Source of the DNA: a virus
Reading direction: 5' to 3' (one strand)
Virus record (IMG/VR): IMGVR_UViG_3300022821_000014
Location: 1 to 64,000 of that record
DNA length: 64,000 bases
Positions 37,996-47,458 of this stretch are shown here, piece by piece (the first letter of the stretch is position 1; every line of letters begins with the position of its first letter). The translations under genes were made by a program, and so were the position numbers. The notes beneath the pieces were generated by a model. The model had not been told where the DNA came from, did not search any database, and saw nothing but the letters and a program-made list of their open reading frames with translations.

Positions 37996-38994
37996 CAGAC
38001 GCATTTCGCTTGTAAACTTCTCAAAGTCAAAAGCGATTGCCATTCCTGAAGCCAATACGTCCTTGATCAAAGCGATCTTATCCATCTTGGGCTCGTGGTT
38101 TTCAGCGATATGAGTTATCTTGGCAATCTCTTTCGCAGATAGCATTGCTGAAGACAGGTGCATGAGTTTCCAATTGCGCTTTACAATATCTTCTGATTCA
38201 CGAACTTGCTTGAAGACCTTTTGCCGAGCCTTAGCCGCTACTTGCTTATCACAGAATTCCATAATCATACCAGTGTTCAGGTCCATAGATCTATCAGCAA
38301 TTTGTGGGAATCTCTTGACAACCGTCTTTAGCCCAACTCCTGCGACGCCGTGAAGGTTGTCACTGTTATCACCGACAAGGGCACGGGCCATACAGAAATT
38401 TCGAGGTGCTATTCCATACTTTTCAAAAATTTTATCGCCATCATAAACCGTTCTTGTCGCATGATCATAGATGGTTACACTGTCGTCTTCTAGCAGCTGA
38501 TAGAAATCTTTGTCGTTCGACACAATAATTTTATCGGTTGAGTCACTTCTAAAGTGTTGCGATACTAGATAAGCAAGCACATCGTCACATTCTGTGCCAC
38601 TTACAAAGACTTGACACACAGGTGTATGTTTTAATAGCTTGTATAACTGTGACAGTTGTTTAACTTTAGTTTCACCGTCTGTTACGAGTGTATCTCGCAT
38701 AGAGGCAGTCCCTGCCTTGAGCTTCTTAAACTCTTTAATTTTGCCTCTATTGGCTTTGTATTCCTTGTAGATTTTACGGCGTCGGGCTGAGCCGCCGCCC
38801 GTTTCCCATACAACAAACACCTTGGACGGTGCAAAGGTGTCAATAGCGTAGTTTAAAAAACGAAGAAAGCCTACTACTCCTCCGATTGGCTCGCTTTTCG
38901 AGCTAACAGTTTGGTTGACCAAATAATGGCGGATAAACACATTTAATCCGTCTATGAACAGGTATGGCCTATTTTTTTTCTCTCTGGTACTCAC
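37981..38994 (-). CDS. 5'-3' exonuclease / T4 RNase H-like flap nuclease
   Basis: FIDGLN, YKANR, ECDDV, SNDKDFYQL, GDNSDNLHGVAGVGLKT. Confidence 0.9.
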   Translation of the reverse strand: MSTREKKNRPYLFIDGLNVFIRHYLVNQTVSSKSEPIGGVVGFLRFLNYAIDTFAPSKVFVVWETGGGSARRRKIYKEYKANRGKIKEFKKLKAGTASMRDTLVTDGETKVKQLSQLYKLLKHTPVCQVFVSGTECDDVLAYLVSQHFRSDSTDKIIVSNDKDFYQLLEDDSVTIYDHATRTVYDGDKIFEKYGIAPRNFCMARALVGDNSDNLHGVAGVGLKTVVKRFPQIADRSMDLNTGMIMEFCDKQVAAKARQKVFKQVRESEDIVKRNWKLMHLSSAMLSAKEIAKITHIAENHEPKMDKIALIKDVLASGMAIAFDFEKFTSEMRLLMTY

Positions 38995-39164
38995 GCATTT
39001 TCCTTATTTTTGATCCGCATGTTTTTGTTGCCTTATGATACACGACGCACAACGAGTGGGCATTCAACTGTTACTGTGGTAAGCAGCACCTGGTGCCAAT
39101 ACATTCTAGGACGCCTTCTTTCTTGTTTAAAGACCTTTCCACACTCATGTGAAACCAGCCAAAA

Positions 39165-39422
39165 TCAGTTTGAGCATTCAACTATGAAGTTGGTTTCACC
39201 ATTATTAAATCTTTCAACGTGGATAAGTTCATATTCTTGCTCATGTCTGCAAAGACAAATGTTGTTGTCACAACCGACATAACTGACATCGAGTTCTTTG
39301 CATGCCTGCTCACAAAAAAAAGCTGGCTTGAGCATATCATGAACTTTAAAACCTACAAGGAAGAAGAAAGGCAGCATCAAGATGAACCCTAGAATTAAAT
39401 GCTCGAACTGGTGTCTAGTCAT
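39165..39422 (-). CDS. small membrane protein
   Basis: N-terminal TM helix followed by a Cys-rich segment. Confidence 0.55.
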   Translation of the reverse strand: MTRHQFEHLILGFILMLPFFFLVGFKVHDMLKPAFFCEQACKELDVSYVGCDNNICLCRHEQEYELIHVERFNNGETNFIVECSN

Positions 39423-39928
39423 TTATATCCTGTGGAACCAAGTCCACCATCTCCCCGTTCTGTATCTTCAAGAGTCTCTACCGTGTGAATAGAAGGTTGC
39501 TCAACACGAGCGATTACCATTTGTGCGATGCGGTCCCCAGAAGCAATAGCAAATTCTTCTTGGCTATGGTTAATAAGGATCACTTTTAATTCACCACGAT
39601 AATCAGAATCAATTGTCCCTGGAGAGTTGAGGACGGTAATACCATATTTTGCTGCTAGGCCGCTACGTGGTCTTATTTGAGCCTCAAAGCCTTTGGGCAA
39701 TGACATGGCTAGTCCTGTAGATACAATAGCAGAGCGTCCTGGAGGCAGTACTACGGCTTCTGTGGCACTCAGATCCATTCCAGCTGCTTCTGAGGATTTA
39801 TACTCGGGTATCTTTGCCCAGCGGTTAAGTCTTTTGAAACAAATAGCTATCTCTTTTCCTAGAAGAGCTTTTCTGGGCGGTTCGACCCATCGTGGGTCAT
39901 CAGTCTTGTAATCTTCTTTGTACTTCAT
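39419..39928 (-). CDS. dut: dUTPase
   Basis: [38 protein letters not shown]. Confidence 0.95.
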   Translation of the reverse strand: MKYKEDYKTDDPRWVEPPRKALLGKEIAICFKRLNRWAKIPEYKSSEAAGMDLSATEAVVLPPGRSAIVSTGLAMSLPKGFEAQIRPRSGLAAKYGITVLNSPGTIDSDYRGELKVILINHSQEEFAIASGDRIAQMVIARVEQPSIHTVETLEDTERGDGGLGSTGYK

Positions 39929-40389
39929 TTGTCTTGTTCCATGTCTAGAATGATAATAGGTGTATAGATGCCTTCGTCGGTCACATAATACATTCCTCCT
40001 TCTACAATTGTCTTGTCAAAATAAACCCGAACGGTTTCCATCTCATCAACAACTGAGTCTTGAAAATTCAATTCTCCATGTGTGTACTTACCTTTGTCTA
40101 CAAGATTGTCGTATGCAAACTTTGCACGGAAGCAGAGAAGGTGTTCCAGGATCAAATGCGGTCCCCTAGAAGTTACAATAACTCCTTTGCCGCTGTTCTC
40201 ACGAGAAATATTCCTAATCAATTCTGCCAAACCTTTGTTCCATTGAAATTTGTCAAAAAAGAACGGCGCTCCCGCTTTTATAGCTTCTTCTGGGGGAATT
40301 GGTTCGCTGGTGTCTTGATCAATATATACACCTGGCTTCTTCGACCAGAATTTCAATTTGCCCGACTTCTCTTTTAACTCGTACTCCAT
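39925..40389 (-). CDS. possible degenerate major-capsid A-domain paralogue
   Basis: [16 protein letters not shown]...[14 protein letters not shown]...VIVTS...[10 protein letters not shown]; similar to the adjacent ORF. Confidence 0.45.
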   Translation of the reverse strand: MEYELKEKSGKLKFWSKKPGVYIDQDTSEPIPPEEAIKAGAPFFFDKFQWNKGLAELIRNISRENSGKGVIVTSRGPHLILEHLLCFRAKFAYDNLVDKGKYTHGELNFQDSVVDEMETVRVYFDKTIVEGGMYYVTDEGIYTPIIILDMEQDK

Positions 40390-40405
40390 ACTACCTCTTC
40401 AACCA

Positions 40406-40813
40406 CTAGCCTATTATGACCAATTCAACATGTCCACTATCCTTAATCGACAGGAACAAACTTTCTGTTTTAAACTTGTCAATCTTATACAGTGGAATTT
40501 CTGTACCAGCTAGAATCAAGCTGCCAAAAACAACTTCGTCTGTGTTACAAGGACTAATCTCTGGTGGTCTAAAATTAATGAGAACTTCCATGATTACGCT
40601 AACCAAACTTTCAGGGTCGAGTGAGATCGCCTTGACAATTCCAAGCTCATCTTGTATTGACATTATTAGTGGCATGAGGGTATGATACCACTCGTATACA
40701 CTGTACCGACCTGTACTCCCACTATTCCAGTCATCTGATAACACATCACCTGTTTTGGGGTCTACTAGCTTTCCTGGCAATCTTGACCAATATCTTCTGG
40801 TGGCGAGTTTCAC
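40406..40813 (-). CDS. possible major-capsid A-domain paralogue
   Basis: YWSRLPGKLVDPKTG...SVYEWYHTLMPLI...VSVIMEVLINFR...VFGSL. Confidence 0.55.
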   Translation of the reverse strand: MKLATRRYWSRLPGKLVDPKTGDVLSDDWNSGSTGRYSVYEWYHTLMPLIMSIQDELGIVKAISLDPESLVSVIMEVLINFRPPEISPCNTDEVVFGSLILAGTEIPLYKIDKFKTESLFLSIKDSGHVELVIIG

Positions 40814-41772
40814 TTTCCATGCGCCTTTAGTGCCTCAGCCTCTTCAACGGAATCCTTGTTTACACCCGCAAAAGTCAAATGTTCCTTTGCATCACGTTGC
40901 ATGACCAATGCATCGGTATATAGTGCGTCAACGTACTCTTGGTAAGCAGGGTTGTAAAGAACCCTGTTGAAATTAGGCTTGTAGAATTTTTCCTCAACAA
41001 GAATTTCACCCGTACTCTGGTCAGTCACAGTGAATGTTTTCCAAGCAGCTGTGCCAGCGACGAGGATCGATTTCCCGTTATGAACTACACCGTAAGCATC
41101 CTTATCTTGTTTGATAACTTCCGTACAATGTGCACGAAACAAGTCAAAAACTTCTTCATGTTCAACAACGCCGACGCCGAAGATAATCTGGAACTCACAA
41201 GTGCGGAATGGCCGAGCTACACGGTTCTTGATCGTCTTGGCTTTCACCTTAATGCCAATGACGTTCCCTGCATTATCTTTAATTTGCTGCTGCCCAGTAG
41301 AAGAAATACGAACACGGACTGAACTTGCGTAAGGGATAGCCATCCCACCAGGTGTTGTAGTGTTGTGGTTAATAAACCCTTCAGCAATATAGTTGTGAGT
41401 GTCTTCCACTTCGCAATCAACAACTTGTATGGGGTGTTGTACTTGTTCAGCACCAATGTAGTCTTCAAGACGAATATACTCGCCATCAACAAAGATCTTA
41501 TGGTCTTTGGTGCCGTGAAGAGTATTTGCTTGGTAGTGCTCGTCTGCATTTTGTTTGACGACAAACGTTTTCAGTGGCTTCCAAACTTCCTGCTTGGATT
41601 CGTGATCATATGAGAGGATTTCATATTTTTCATGTTCTATATTGTAGATTTCTGGCGTATTTAGATCTTCTATACCTATACGTTTTGCCAATTCACGAAA
41701 TGTGATTTCCTCTTCCACGAACTGACGTTCATGCCTTGTTTCAAGATTGTGTTTTTTTATTTCGGTTTCCAT
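40810..41772 (-). CDS. recA: RecA C-terminal half fused to split-intein C fragment (~137 aa)
   Basis: ...HGTKDH...VVDCEVEDTHNYIAEGFINHN|TTTPGGMAIPYASSVRVRI...KNRVARPFR; start uncertain (41772 or 41859). Confidence 0.88.
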   Translation of the reverse strand: METEIKKHNLETRHERQFVEEEITFRELAKRIGIEDLNTPEIYNIEHEKYEILSYDHESKQEVWKPLKTFVVKQNADEHYQANTLHGTKDHKIFVDGEYIRLEDYIGAEQVQHPIQVVDCEVEDTHNYIAEGFINHNTTTPGGMAIPYASSVRVRISSTGQQQIKDNAGNVIGIKVKAKTIKNRVARPFRTCEFQIIFGVGVVEHEEVFDLFRAHCTEVIKQDKDAYGVVHNGKSILVAGTAAWKTFTVTDQSTGEILVEEKFYKPNFNRVLYNPAYQEYVDALYTDALVMQRDAKEHLTFAGVNKDSVEEAEALKAHGK

Positions 41773-42586
41773 AAGTTTCTGTCTTTCGGTGGCAAGCTTC
41801 ACACAATGTTCTTCCGTTTGAGGTTCTCCAAAGAGGTTCATATCTTTTTGCCTCTTCAACAGATTTGATATTACCTTCTTCTAAAAGCAAACAAAAAGGA
41901 TAAATGTGATCTACGTGCAATTTTTCTGTTCTATCGCATCTGATGCATTTGTGCTCATCACGTTTCAGAGCACTCTGCCTCCATTTTCGATATGCGTAAC
42001 TTTTCCTAATCAAACTAGCGGTTTTCGTTAAACCACTTTTCCAATTTGGATTTTTTTCTTTTCTTTTTGGGTTTGCTTTATTGTATCTTATTATCCAAGA
42101 ACGCAATTTTTTCCTGTGTTCCTCGGTCGGCTGATATCTTGGACTTGGTATAGCTTTTATTGGATAAAACTGGCTAAGCTTGTCTATAATTCGTTTTGTT
42201 TTTCTTAGTTTGAGATTTAGTTTATTGGCTATGTGCCCGTAAGGTACTTCCGCCTGGCACAATGCAATTATTTGTTCATAATCTTCTGGTGATAAATCCT
42301 GGGGCAGGTATTTGATCTGCTTTTTAGCGCACTGATCCCGAACATATCTGCGATAAACCCTATCGGAAATTCCTAGTTTAGTCTTAATCCACCTGGGCGG
42401 GACGAACCTTTTATCCCAATAACCGTGAAGTTATTTAACTTGTTCCTCCGAAAGGATAACCTTCTGAGCTTCTCCAATGTTTCTTCGCCGCTCTTTCGAA
42501 AAGACCTTTCCCGTATTCGCTGCTGCGATTTTCCGCCTTGTTTCTTTTGAGTGTGCATACCTTTTTTTGTTCTTTGCTGGTTTCAT
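41741..42586 (-). pseudogene. NUMOD3/HNH homing endonuclease with internal TAA
   Basis: HSKETRRKI (NUMOD3)...VK*LHGYW...RDEHKCIRC...HVDHI...NGRTLCEACH in a single frame; stop at 42431-42433. Confidence 0.8.
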
Positions 42587-42590
42587 GCAG

Positions 42591-43325
42591 CTAAACATAC
42601 TTGCGAATTCGAATCCTAGTGTCTGGAGTAACGCAAGGGTCTCCAAACATGACACCGATCTTCTGACGTTGTTGGTTAATGAGAAGGAAGAGGACATTTT
42701 GGTTACCAATAATATTGACGATTTTACGCATGCCTTTACCTAACACACGGGCTTGGAGGCCAATCGTGTTAGAGTCATAATCGCCCTCAAGCTCAGCTTT
42801 AGGAGACGAGGCGGCAATAGAATCCCACACGATTGTTACTGGAACATTCTTTTGCATAGCACGAGCCTTAAGGATCGTTGATTCAGCAATTTTGAAAATT
42901 TCTTCCGTGCACGCTGTCTGACAAAAGATGAAACGGTTACTTACGTCGATACCAATTGCACTAAGGTTATCAAGGCTAGTGGCGTTTTCCGTATCTATGT
43001 AAACAACTATTCCTCCCATCTTCTGGGTCGCCTTAGAGGCTTCGAAAGCAATGTGTGATTTGCCGCTTGATGTTGGCCCCTGAATTTCTACAATCCTACC
43101 TTCTGGAAAGCCCCCGACTGCTTGGTTTGCAATGATCGCATCAAGCTGTCGTGAGCCTGTGCTAATCCATCGTTTGATATTTGTTGGGGCGTCATCGGTA
43201 GAAAGATTGAAAGCGATATTCTCGCCGTTCTCCTTGTTCAACTGCTTAATAAGGTCAGTTGTAAAGTCATCACCCATGTCATCTGCACTGGCGGTGTCTG
43301 TTGTTGTTTTTTTCTTTTTGGCCAC
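42591..43325 (-). CDS. recA: RecA N-terminal half with 14-aa split-intein N fragment
   Basis: GRIVEIQGPTSSGKS, YIDTE, VWDSIAA, GLQARVL, INQ...KIGVMFGDP|CVTPDTRIRIRKYV*. Confidence 0.9.
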   Translation of the reverse strand: MAKKKKTTTDTASADDMGDDFTTDLIKQLNKENGENIAFNLSTDDAPTNIKRWISTGSRQLDAIIANQAVGGFPEGRIVEIQGPTSSGKSHIAFEASKATQKMGGIVVYIDTENATSLDNLSAIGIDVSNRFIFCQTACTEEIFKIAESTILKARAMQKNVPVTIVWDSIAASSPKAELEGDYDSNTIGLQARVLGKGMRKIVNIIGNQNVLFLLINQQRQKIGVMFGDPCVTPDTRIRIRKYV

Positions 43326-43383
43326 GGTACCTCTTGTCTTTAATTGTAGCTGTGCCCATTAATTGATTAAACAGGCTTAGACG

Positions 43384-43414
43384 AAAAAAGGCCAGCGTTA
43401 GCTGGCCTTCTTCG
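43384..43414 (-). terminator. rho-independent terminator
   Basis: AAGGCCAGC-TAAC-GCTGGCCTTTTTT on the minus strand after the SSB gene. Confidence 0.75.
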
Positions 43415-43432
43415 TTTTAAAGGAGCGGGGAC

Positions 43433-44311
43433 TTAGAAAACAGTACCAACGTCATCATCCAAGTCGGCGAATGCATCTTCAATGCTCTTCACCGTGTTGG
43501 AGTGTTCCTTATCTCGATCGGCACCCTTAGAAGCATTGTGATCCTTGCCTGTGCCCAGTTCCTTGCTCTCGGTATCCTCCTCACCGTCATCTCCAGCTGT
43601 TTTAGCAAGGAAGTTCTCAACCGTTTGCTGAAGCTGCTCAGGGTTACGAACCTGACCCTTGAAGTAAGCCTCAAGGTCTGGTACGGATGCGACAAGAGCG
43701 TCGACGTCCTTTTTTCCCTTGGCGAGCCTTGTGGGCTTGCGGCGAGGAGTCAGGTTGTAGTTCTTGACTTTCCACTTGCCGAACATCTTACCAGAGTCTT
43801 CTACGTCAAGAGTGAAATCAAATCCGTTCTCAGCATCCATCATGTCCTCATCGGCATAATCAGGGTGAGCAAGAATAGAGTAAATGTCCTTGAGGATCTT
43901 GGAGTTCAACTCCCAAATCTGAACGCCCCGATCCTCTTCTCCACGCACAACAATAGGTGCATAAAAGCGATCCTTTGGACGCAGGTTGTTCATAAGACGC
44001 CAGGTCTCACGTGTATTCTCTTTACGAAGCTCATTGATAAGGTCGAAGATTGGGTCTTCTAGCTGATACTGAGCGGGGGATACGAAACGGCGCTCAGAAA
44101 GCTCCTTGTTGTCGTAATAAGACACTTCCTCGAAAGGTTGACCCTGTCGATCGGTGTAGGGCATGAAACGAATTTCATAACTGTTTTTACTGCCATCCGC
44201 AAGTAGTGAAGGCTTGAACCAGGTGAGTTTCACTCGGTCACTTTTGCCCCCGTTGCGGCCACCAGAAAGGTCAGCGATTTTTTGTTTGATTGCATCAAGA
44301 TTATATGCCAT
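43433..44311 (-). CDS. single-stranded DNA-binding protein (gp32-like)
   Basis: WFKP...IRFMP...RFYAPIVVRGEE...GFDFTL; acidic C-terminal tail. Confidence 0.8.
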   Translation of the reverse strand: MAYNLDAIKQKIADLSGGRNGGKSDRVKLTWFKPSLLADGSKNSYEIRFMPYTDRQGQPFEEVSYYDNKELSERRFVSPAQYQLEDPIFDLINELRKENTRETWRLMNNLRPKDRFYAPIVVRGEEDRGVQIWELNSKILKDIYSILAHPDYADEDMMDAENGFDFTLDVEDSGKMFGKWKVKNYNLTPRRKPTRLAKGKKDVDALVASVPDLEAYFKGQVRNPEQLQQTVENFLAKTAGDDGEEDTESKELGTGKDHNASKGADRDKEHSNTVKSIEDAFADLDDDVGTVF

Positions 44312-44346
44312 GTGTATTTCCTATTTGTTTCTATTGTTTGTGTTTA

Positions 44347-45234
44347 TTATTTGGTTGCGCAAACATCATGCTTGCGTGTCATGTAGAATTTACCCATGGT
44401 TTTTGGGTAAACATACTTTTTAATTTTCGTGCTAAGATTATTCCCACTGTATTTCAACTCATAACATTGGGCAGTCTTTATTTTGTACGGTCTTTTATTG
44501 GGAATGCCAGTATTCTCGGTTAACTGGCGTTGTAACTCTTTCAAGAAATCTTGTGAGGCAGACGCAATTTGCAGTCCTAATGTTGGCGTAACACCTTCTC
44601 TGTTTCTAATAAACCAGCAACCATCTCCATCAATAAACCCTCTGATATAATGTGGGTAAAAAGATTCTTTCAGATTGGGCCAGGACAAATTGTGAGTTTT
44701 TTGTGGTGTCACCCCATAACAAGATAAATCAGACTTTAATCTTCTGCTGCTGACTTCAAAAGTCGAATAAGGTCCGTACGTTCTGACCTTATTTTCTGCC
44801 TCTAATTCTTCTCTAAGGTATTCTAACAAATATGCATCTTCATTTTTCAGTGTCAATTTAATTGCATTGCGTTTCGTTGAAACACATCCATCGGCTGCCA
44901 ACAATCCTAGAAAGTAAGCTTTGGAAGGTGTGTTAATATGTGAAAAATATTTTTGATTGACCTTGTTGGACCTGGGTCCAGGTGAACGTAATTTACGGTT
45001 GTGTTTTGTCAGTAACCATCTGACCCAGGATAAACTCTTGTTGAAATATTTGGCTGTCTTAGACACACCTTCGACAAGGTATTTTTTATACACCTCATCA
45101 GGATTATAAGCCATTCGTTGTCTGTTCCATTCCTTTCTATAAGTATGGTTCATTGGGTCGAAATTGACCAATTCTAAGCGTCCGAGATGAAGATTTATCT
45201 TCAATGATTTCAAGTACTTACGCACTGCAAGCAA
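44347..45234 (-). CDS. LAGLIDADG homing endonuclease
   Basis: AYFLGLLAADGCV and HYIRGFIDGDGCW; start uncertain. Confidence 0.88.
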   Translation of the reverse strand: MLAVRKYLKSLKINLHLGRLELVNFDPMNHTYRKEWNRQRMAYNPDEVYKKYLVEGVSKTAKYFNKSLSWVRWLLTKHNRKLRSPGPRSNKVNQKYFSHINTPSKAYFLGLLAADGCVSTKRNAIKLTLKNEDAYLLEYLREELEAENKVRTYGPYSTFEVSSRRLKSDLSCYGVTPQKTHNLSWPNLKESFYPHYIRGFIDGDGCWFIRNREGVTPTLGLQIASASQDFLKELQRQLTENTGIPNKRPYKIKTAQCYELKYSGNNLSTKIKKYVYPKTMGKFYMTRKHDVCATK

Positions 45235-45259
45235 TTTATTTTGGCCATGTTTTCGAGTG

Positions 45260-45409
45260 TTAAATTGACGCAGAATTGAGGGAAGTTTTACTACTTATGT
45301 GCAAGTTTGTAAGTTTGAGTACCGCTTCTTTAATAGCTACATTCAGTGTGAGTTTGACTACCACCAGACGATACTTCATGATAAGTTTTTGTGCTTCCTT
45401 CACTGTCAT
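45260..45409 (-). CDS. mini-protein with shared leader helix (49 aa)
   Basis: MTVKEAQKLIMKYRLVVVKLTLNVAIKEAVLKLTNLHISSKTSLNSASI; TGATG coupling. Confidence 0.6.
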   Translation of the reverse strand: MTVKEAQKLIMKYRLVVVKLTLNVAIKEAVLKLTNLHISSKTSLNSASI

Positions 45410-45558
45410 CACAATTTCCTCTTCCACTCAGGCCATGAGGCAACCTGTTGCTTCGCTTTTTCGCTAGCGGAAATGATATCCTTGAGATAATATACCCTGC
45501 GCCAGGCGACCCTTGACTTATATCGGGCTATCAACTTCTTACAATCAGCGGGGTTCAT
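45409..45558 (-). CDS. mini-protein with shared leader helix (49 aa)
   Basis: MNPADCKKLIARYKSRVAWRRVYYLKDIISASEKAKQQVASWPEWKRKL. Confidence 0.6.
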   Translation of the reverse strand: MNPADCKKLIARYKSRVAWRRVYYLKDIISASEKAKQQVASWPEWKRKL

Positions 45559-45646
45559 ACATTTTTACCATATTGCTGGCTGCCTTGACAAGTTCCCAGT
45601 ATCTGGTGTAGTACGTGATCAGCTTTCTACAGTCAGTCTTAGTCAA
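45545..45646 (-). CDS. mini-protein with shared leader helix (33 aa)
   Basis: TTG start; MTKTDCRKLITYYTRYWELVKAASNMVKMYEPR. Confidence 0.5.
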   Translation of the reverse strand: MTKTDCRKLITYYTRYWELVKAASNMVKMYEPR

Positions 45647-46247
45647 TAACGGAAGTCTTACCAGACGCCTGCATGCAAGCAACTCGAACGGCTGTCTGAA
45701 GAACAACGGACAACATTGGAGATTCGTACAACTCTGAGGAGTACATTTGGTTCATGTGCCCAAGACTAGAAATTGCGTGCACTTCTTCTTCTGTGAGAAG
45801 AACTCTGGAGGAGTTTAACCACCAAAGCGAACGTTGAGTTGGATGCATCTTTGGGAGATTGGTATTCAACTCGTACATCATGCCCTTGTTGCGGTGCCAG
45901 TCACTTTCCTGCTCGACATAGTGGTCTTCTTCCTGATTGCCGATTTTACCTAGGTCGTGAAAAAGGCACGTAACAATCAAACTATCTGCTGATAACTTGG
46001 ACCCGAAAACCCTGTTAAGGTCTTTCGCAAGCTTGAGTACATTCAAGCTGTACTCAACAAGCCCACCTGGGTAGGCACCGACGAATTCAAGACGTGTAGA
46101 GGCTGGCGCAGCTGCCAGCCGTTCTTTTACTTCATCACAGAGTGAAAGAAGTTCAGTTTTCACATCTTCGTTTTTAATGCGACCAACTAGGCTCATATAA
46201 AGTTCCCAATTGGATTCAAGTCTTGCGACCAATTTATCGTGGCTCAT
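45639..46247 (-). CDS. HD-domain protein
   Basis: APAS...AYPGGLVEYSLNV...LFHDLGKIG; several family His residues appear substituted. Confidence 0.75.
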   Translation of the reverse strand: MSHDKLVARLESNWELYMSLVGRIKNEDVKTELLSLCDEVKERLAAAPASTRLEFVGAYPGGLVEYSLNVLKLAKDLNRVFGSKLSADSLIVTCLFHDLGKIGNQEEDHYVEQESDWHRNKGMMYELNTNLPKMHPTQRSLWWLNSSRVLLTEEEVHAISSLGHMNQMYSSELYESPMLSVVLQTAVRVACMQASGKTSVID

Positions 46248-46403
46248 TTTGTTTCCTCTCAACAACTACAAGGTAGCAATGCCGATTAGACTCATAAACC
46301 AAGTTACTAAAGAATTTTTTTCCAAGAAACAGGAACGTTATCGGGGCATTCAGATAAAACTATGTCATCAGACATGCCGCTTATCTTAAACATGTTCTAT
46401 CTC

Positions 46404-47039
46404 TCAGTCTAATGAGGCGGCGAGGTATCCGACGACAAAGCCAACCGCAGCTGCACCAACTACTACAAGTCCCCACTGGAGTATTTCACCAAAATCTGTA
46501 TTCCAGAATCCTCCATTGCGTTCTTCTACATAACTTTCGTGTATTTGGATGCGTCGTTCTACTTCACGTTCTAGACCAGCAATGATTACATCGGCCTGAC
46601 GTCGGTCAGAAGTTACCCTTAGTCTCAGCTGACCCACTTCAAGCCTCAAACGGTTCCAGTCAGATTCACGTTGACGTTGCAAAGCTGCTTCTGCTCGACT
46701 GCGTGCCGCTTCTGCTTCGGCGATTAGGTAAGCTACCGCTGATGGATTTAGGAGTACTCCTGGCCATGGCGCCACCTCACCTCTTTGCAGGTACGTCTGG
46801 CGTTCGCCTCGTAAGCCATTTGAAAGTTGTGCAGGGGGTAGTTCAACTTCCTCAAGTGGAGCAAGTGTTAAATCAAGCTCAGGCCAATCAATTGTTGCAC
46901 GAACAGTATCCTCTGTAGAATCCTCTGTAACCTCCTCAGAAGCCCCAGACTCTTCTTGGGCGTATGCACCAGAAGAATTTAGACCAAGGGTTAGGAAAAC
47001 GCTAAAAGCGACTATGGTAGTTATCTTATGCATGTTCAT
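46404..47039 (-). CDS. membrane/secreted coiled-coil protein (spanin-like?)
   Basis: signal peptide, GEVAPWPGVLL, coiled coil, C-terminal TM helix. Confidence 0.5.
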   Translation of the reverse strand: MNMHKITTIVAFSVFLTLGLNSSGAYAQEESGASEEVTEDSTEDTVRATIDWPELDLTLAPLEEVELPPAQLSNGLRGERQTYLQRGEVAPWPGVLLNPSAVAYLIAEAEAARSRAEAALQRQRESDWNRLRLEVGQLRLRVTSDRRQADVIIAGLEREVERRIQIHESYVEERNGGFWNTDFGEILQWGLVVVGAAAVGFVVGYLAASLD

Positions 47040-47449
47040 TCCGAAGGAATCCCGAAAGTGTTAGTAACAGCCCCTGTGAGAGTTGTTGGGTCCCTATCGT
47101 GTCTGCGCACAATTTGAGTTTGCGTATTATCACGGGTGTCGTCGATTTGACCAAGAACCTCCTTGAACTCAGTCTCAAGCCTATTCTGCTCTACTAAATA
47201 CTCTTGCAGGAGCCTCGCTTGTTCAATCCGCTCTTCTTCAACAATTAGTCTCAATTCTTTGATTTGCTGCTGGTGATCCCTAGATTCCTGGTGATACTGC
47301 TCCAACAGATTTTTATATGACTTAGTTTGATCAAACTGTGAGAATGCACTAGCCGTAAGAAGGCAGACACCAATCACAATAAGAATTGTTAACCAGTTCT
47401 TCTTGACCCAGTCCCAGACTGCGCCGAAGAACTTCTTAAGTTTTTCCAT
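47036..47449 (-). CDS. N-anchored coiled-coil membrane protein (i-spanin-like?)
   Basis: WDWVKKNW + TM helix + coiled coil. Confidence 0.5.
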   Translation of the reverse strand: MEKLKKFFGAVWDWVKKNWLTILIVIGVCLLTASAFSQFDQTKSYKNLLEQYHQESRDHQQQIKELRLIVEEERIEQARLLQEYLVEQNRLETEFKEVLGQIDDTRDNTQTQIVRRHDRDPTTLTGAVTNTFGIPSE

Positions 47450-47458
47450 GAATAAACC

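Noticed and set aside
38995-39164. Small or decayed ORF between the exonuclease and membrane-protein genes
   Set aside because: No frame gives a convincing start, length or motif.
42431-42433. Stop-codon reassignment
   Set aside because: Only one internal TAA was seen; TAA, TAG and TGA all terminate conserved genes normally elsewhere in the window.
41741-42590. Group I intron explanation for the recA interruption
   Set aside because: The HNH frame starts 4 nt after the RecA-N stop and overlaps the downstream half, leaving no room for a ribozyme core; intein motifs explain both ends.
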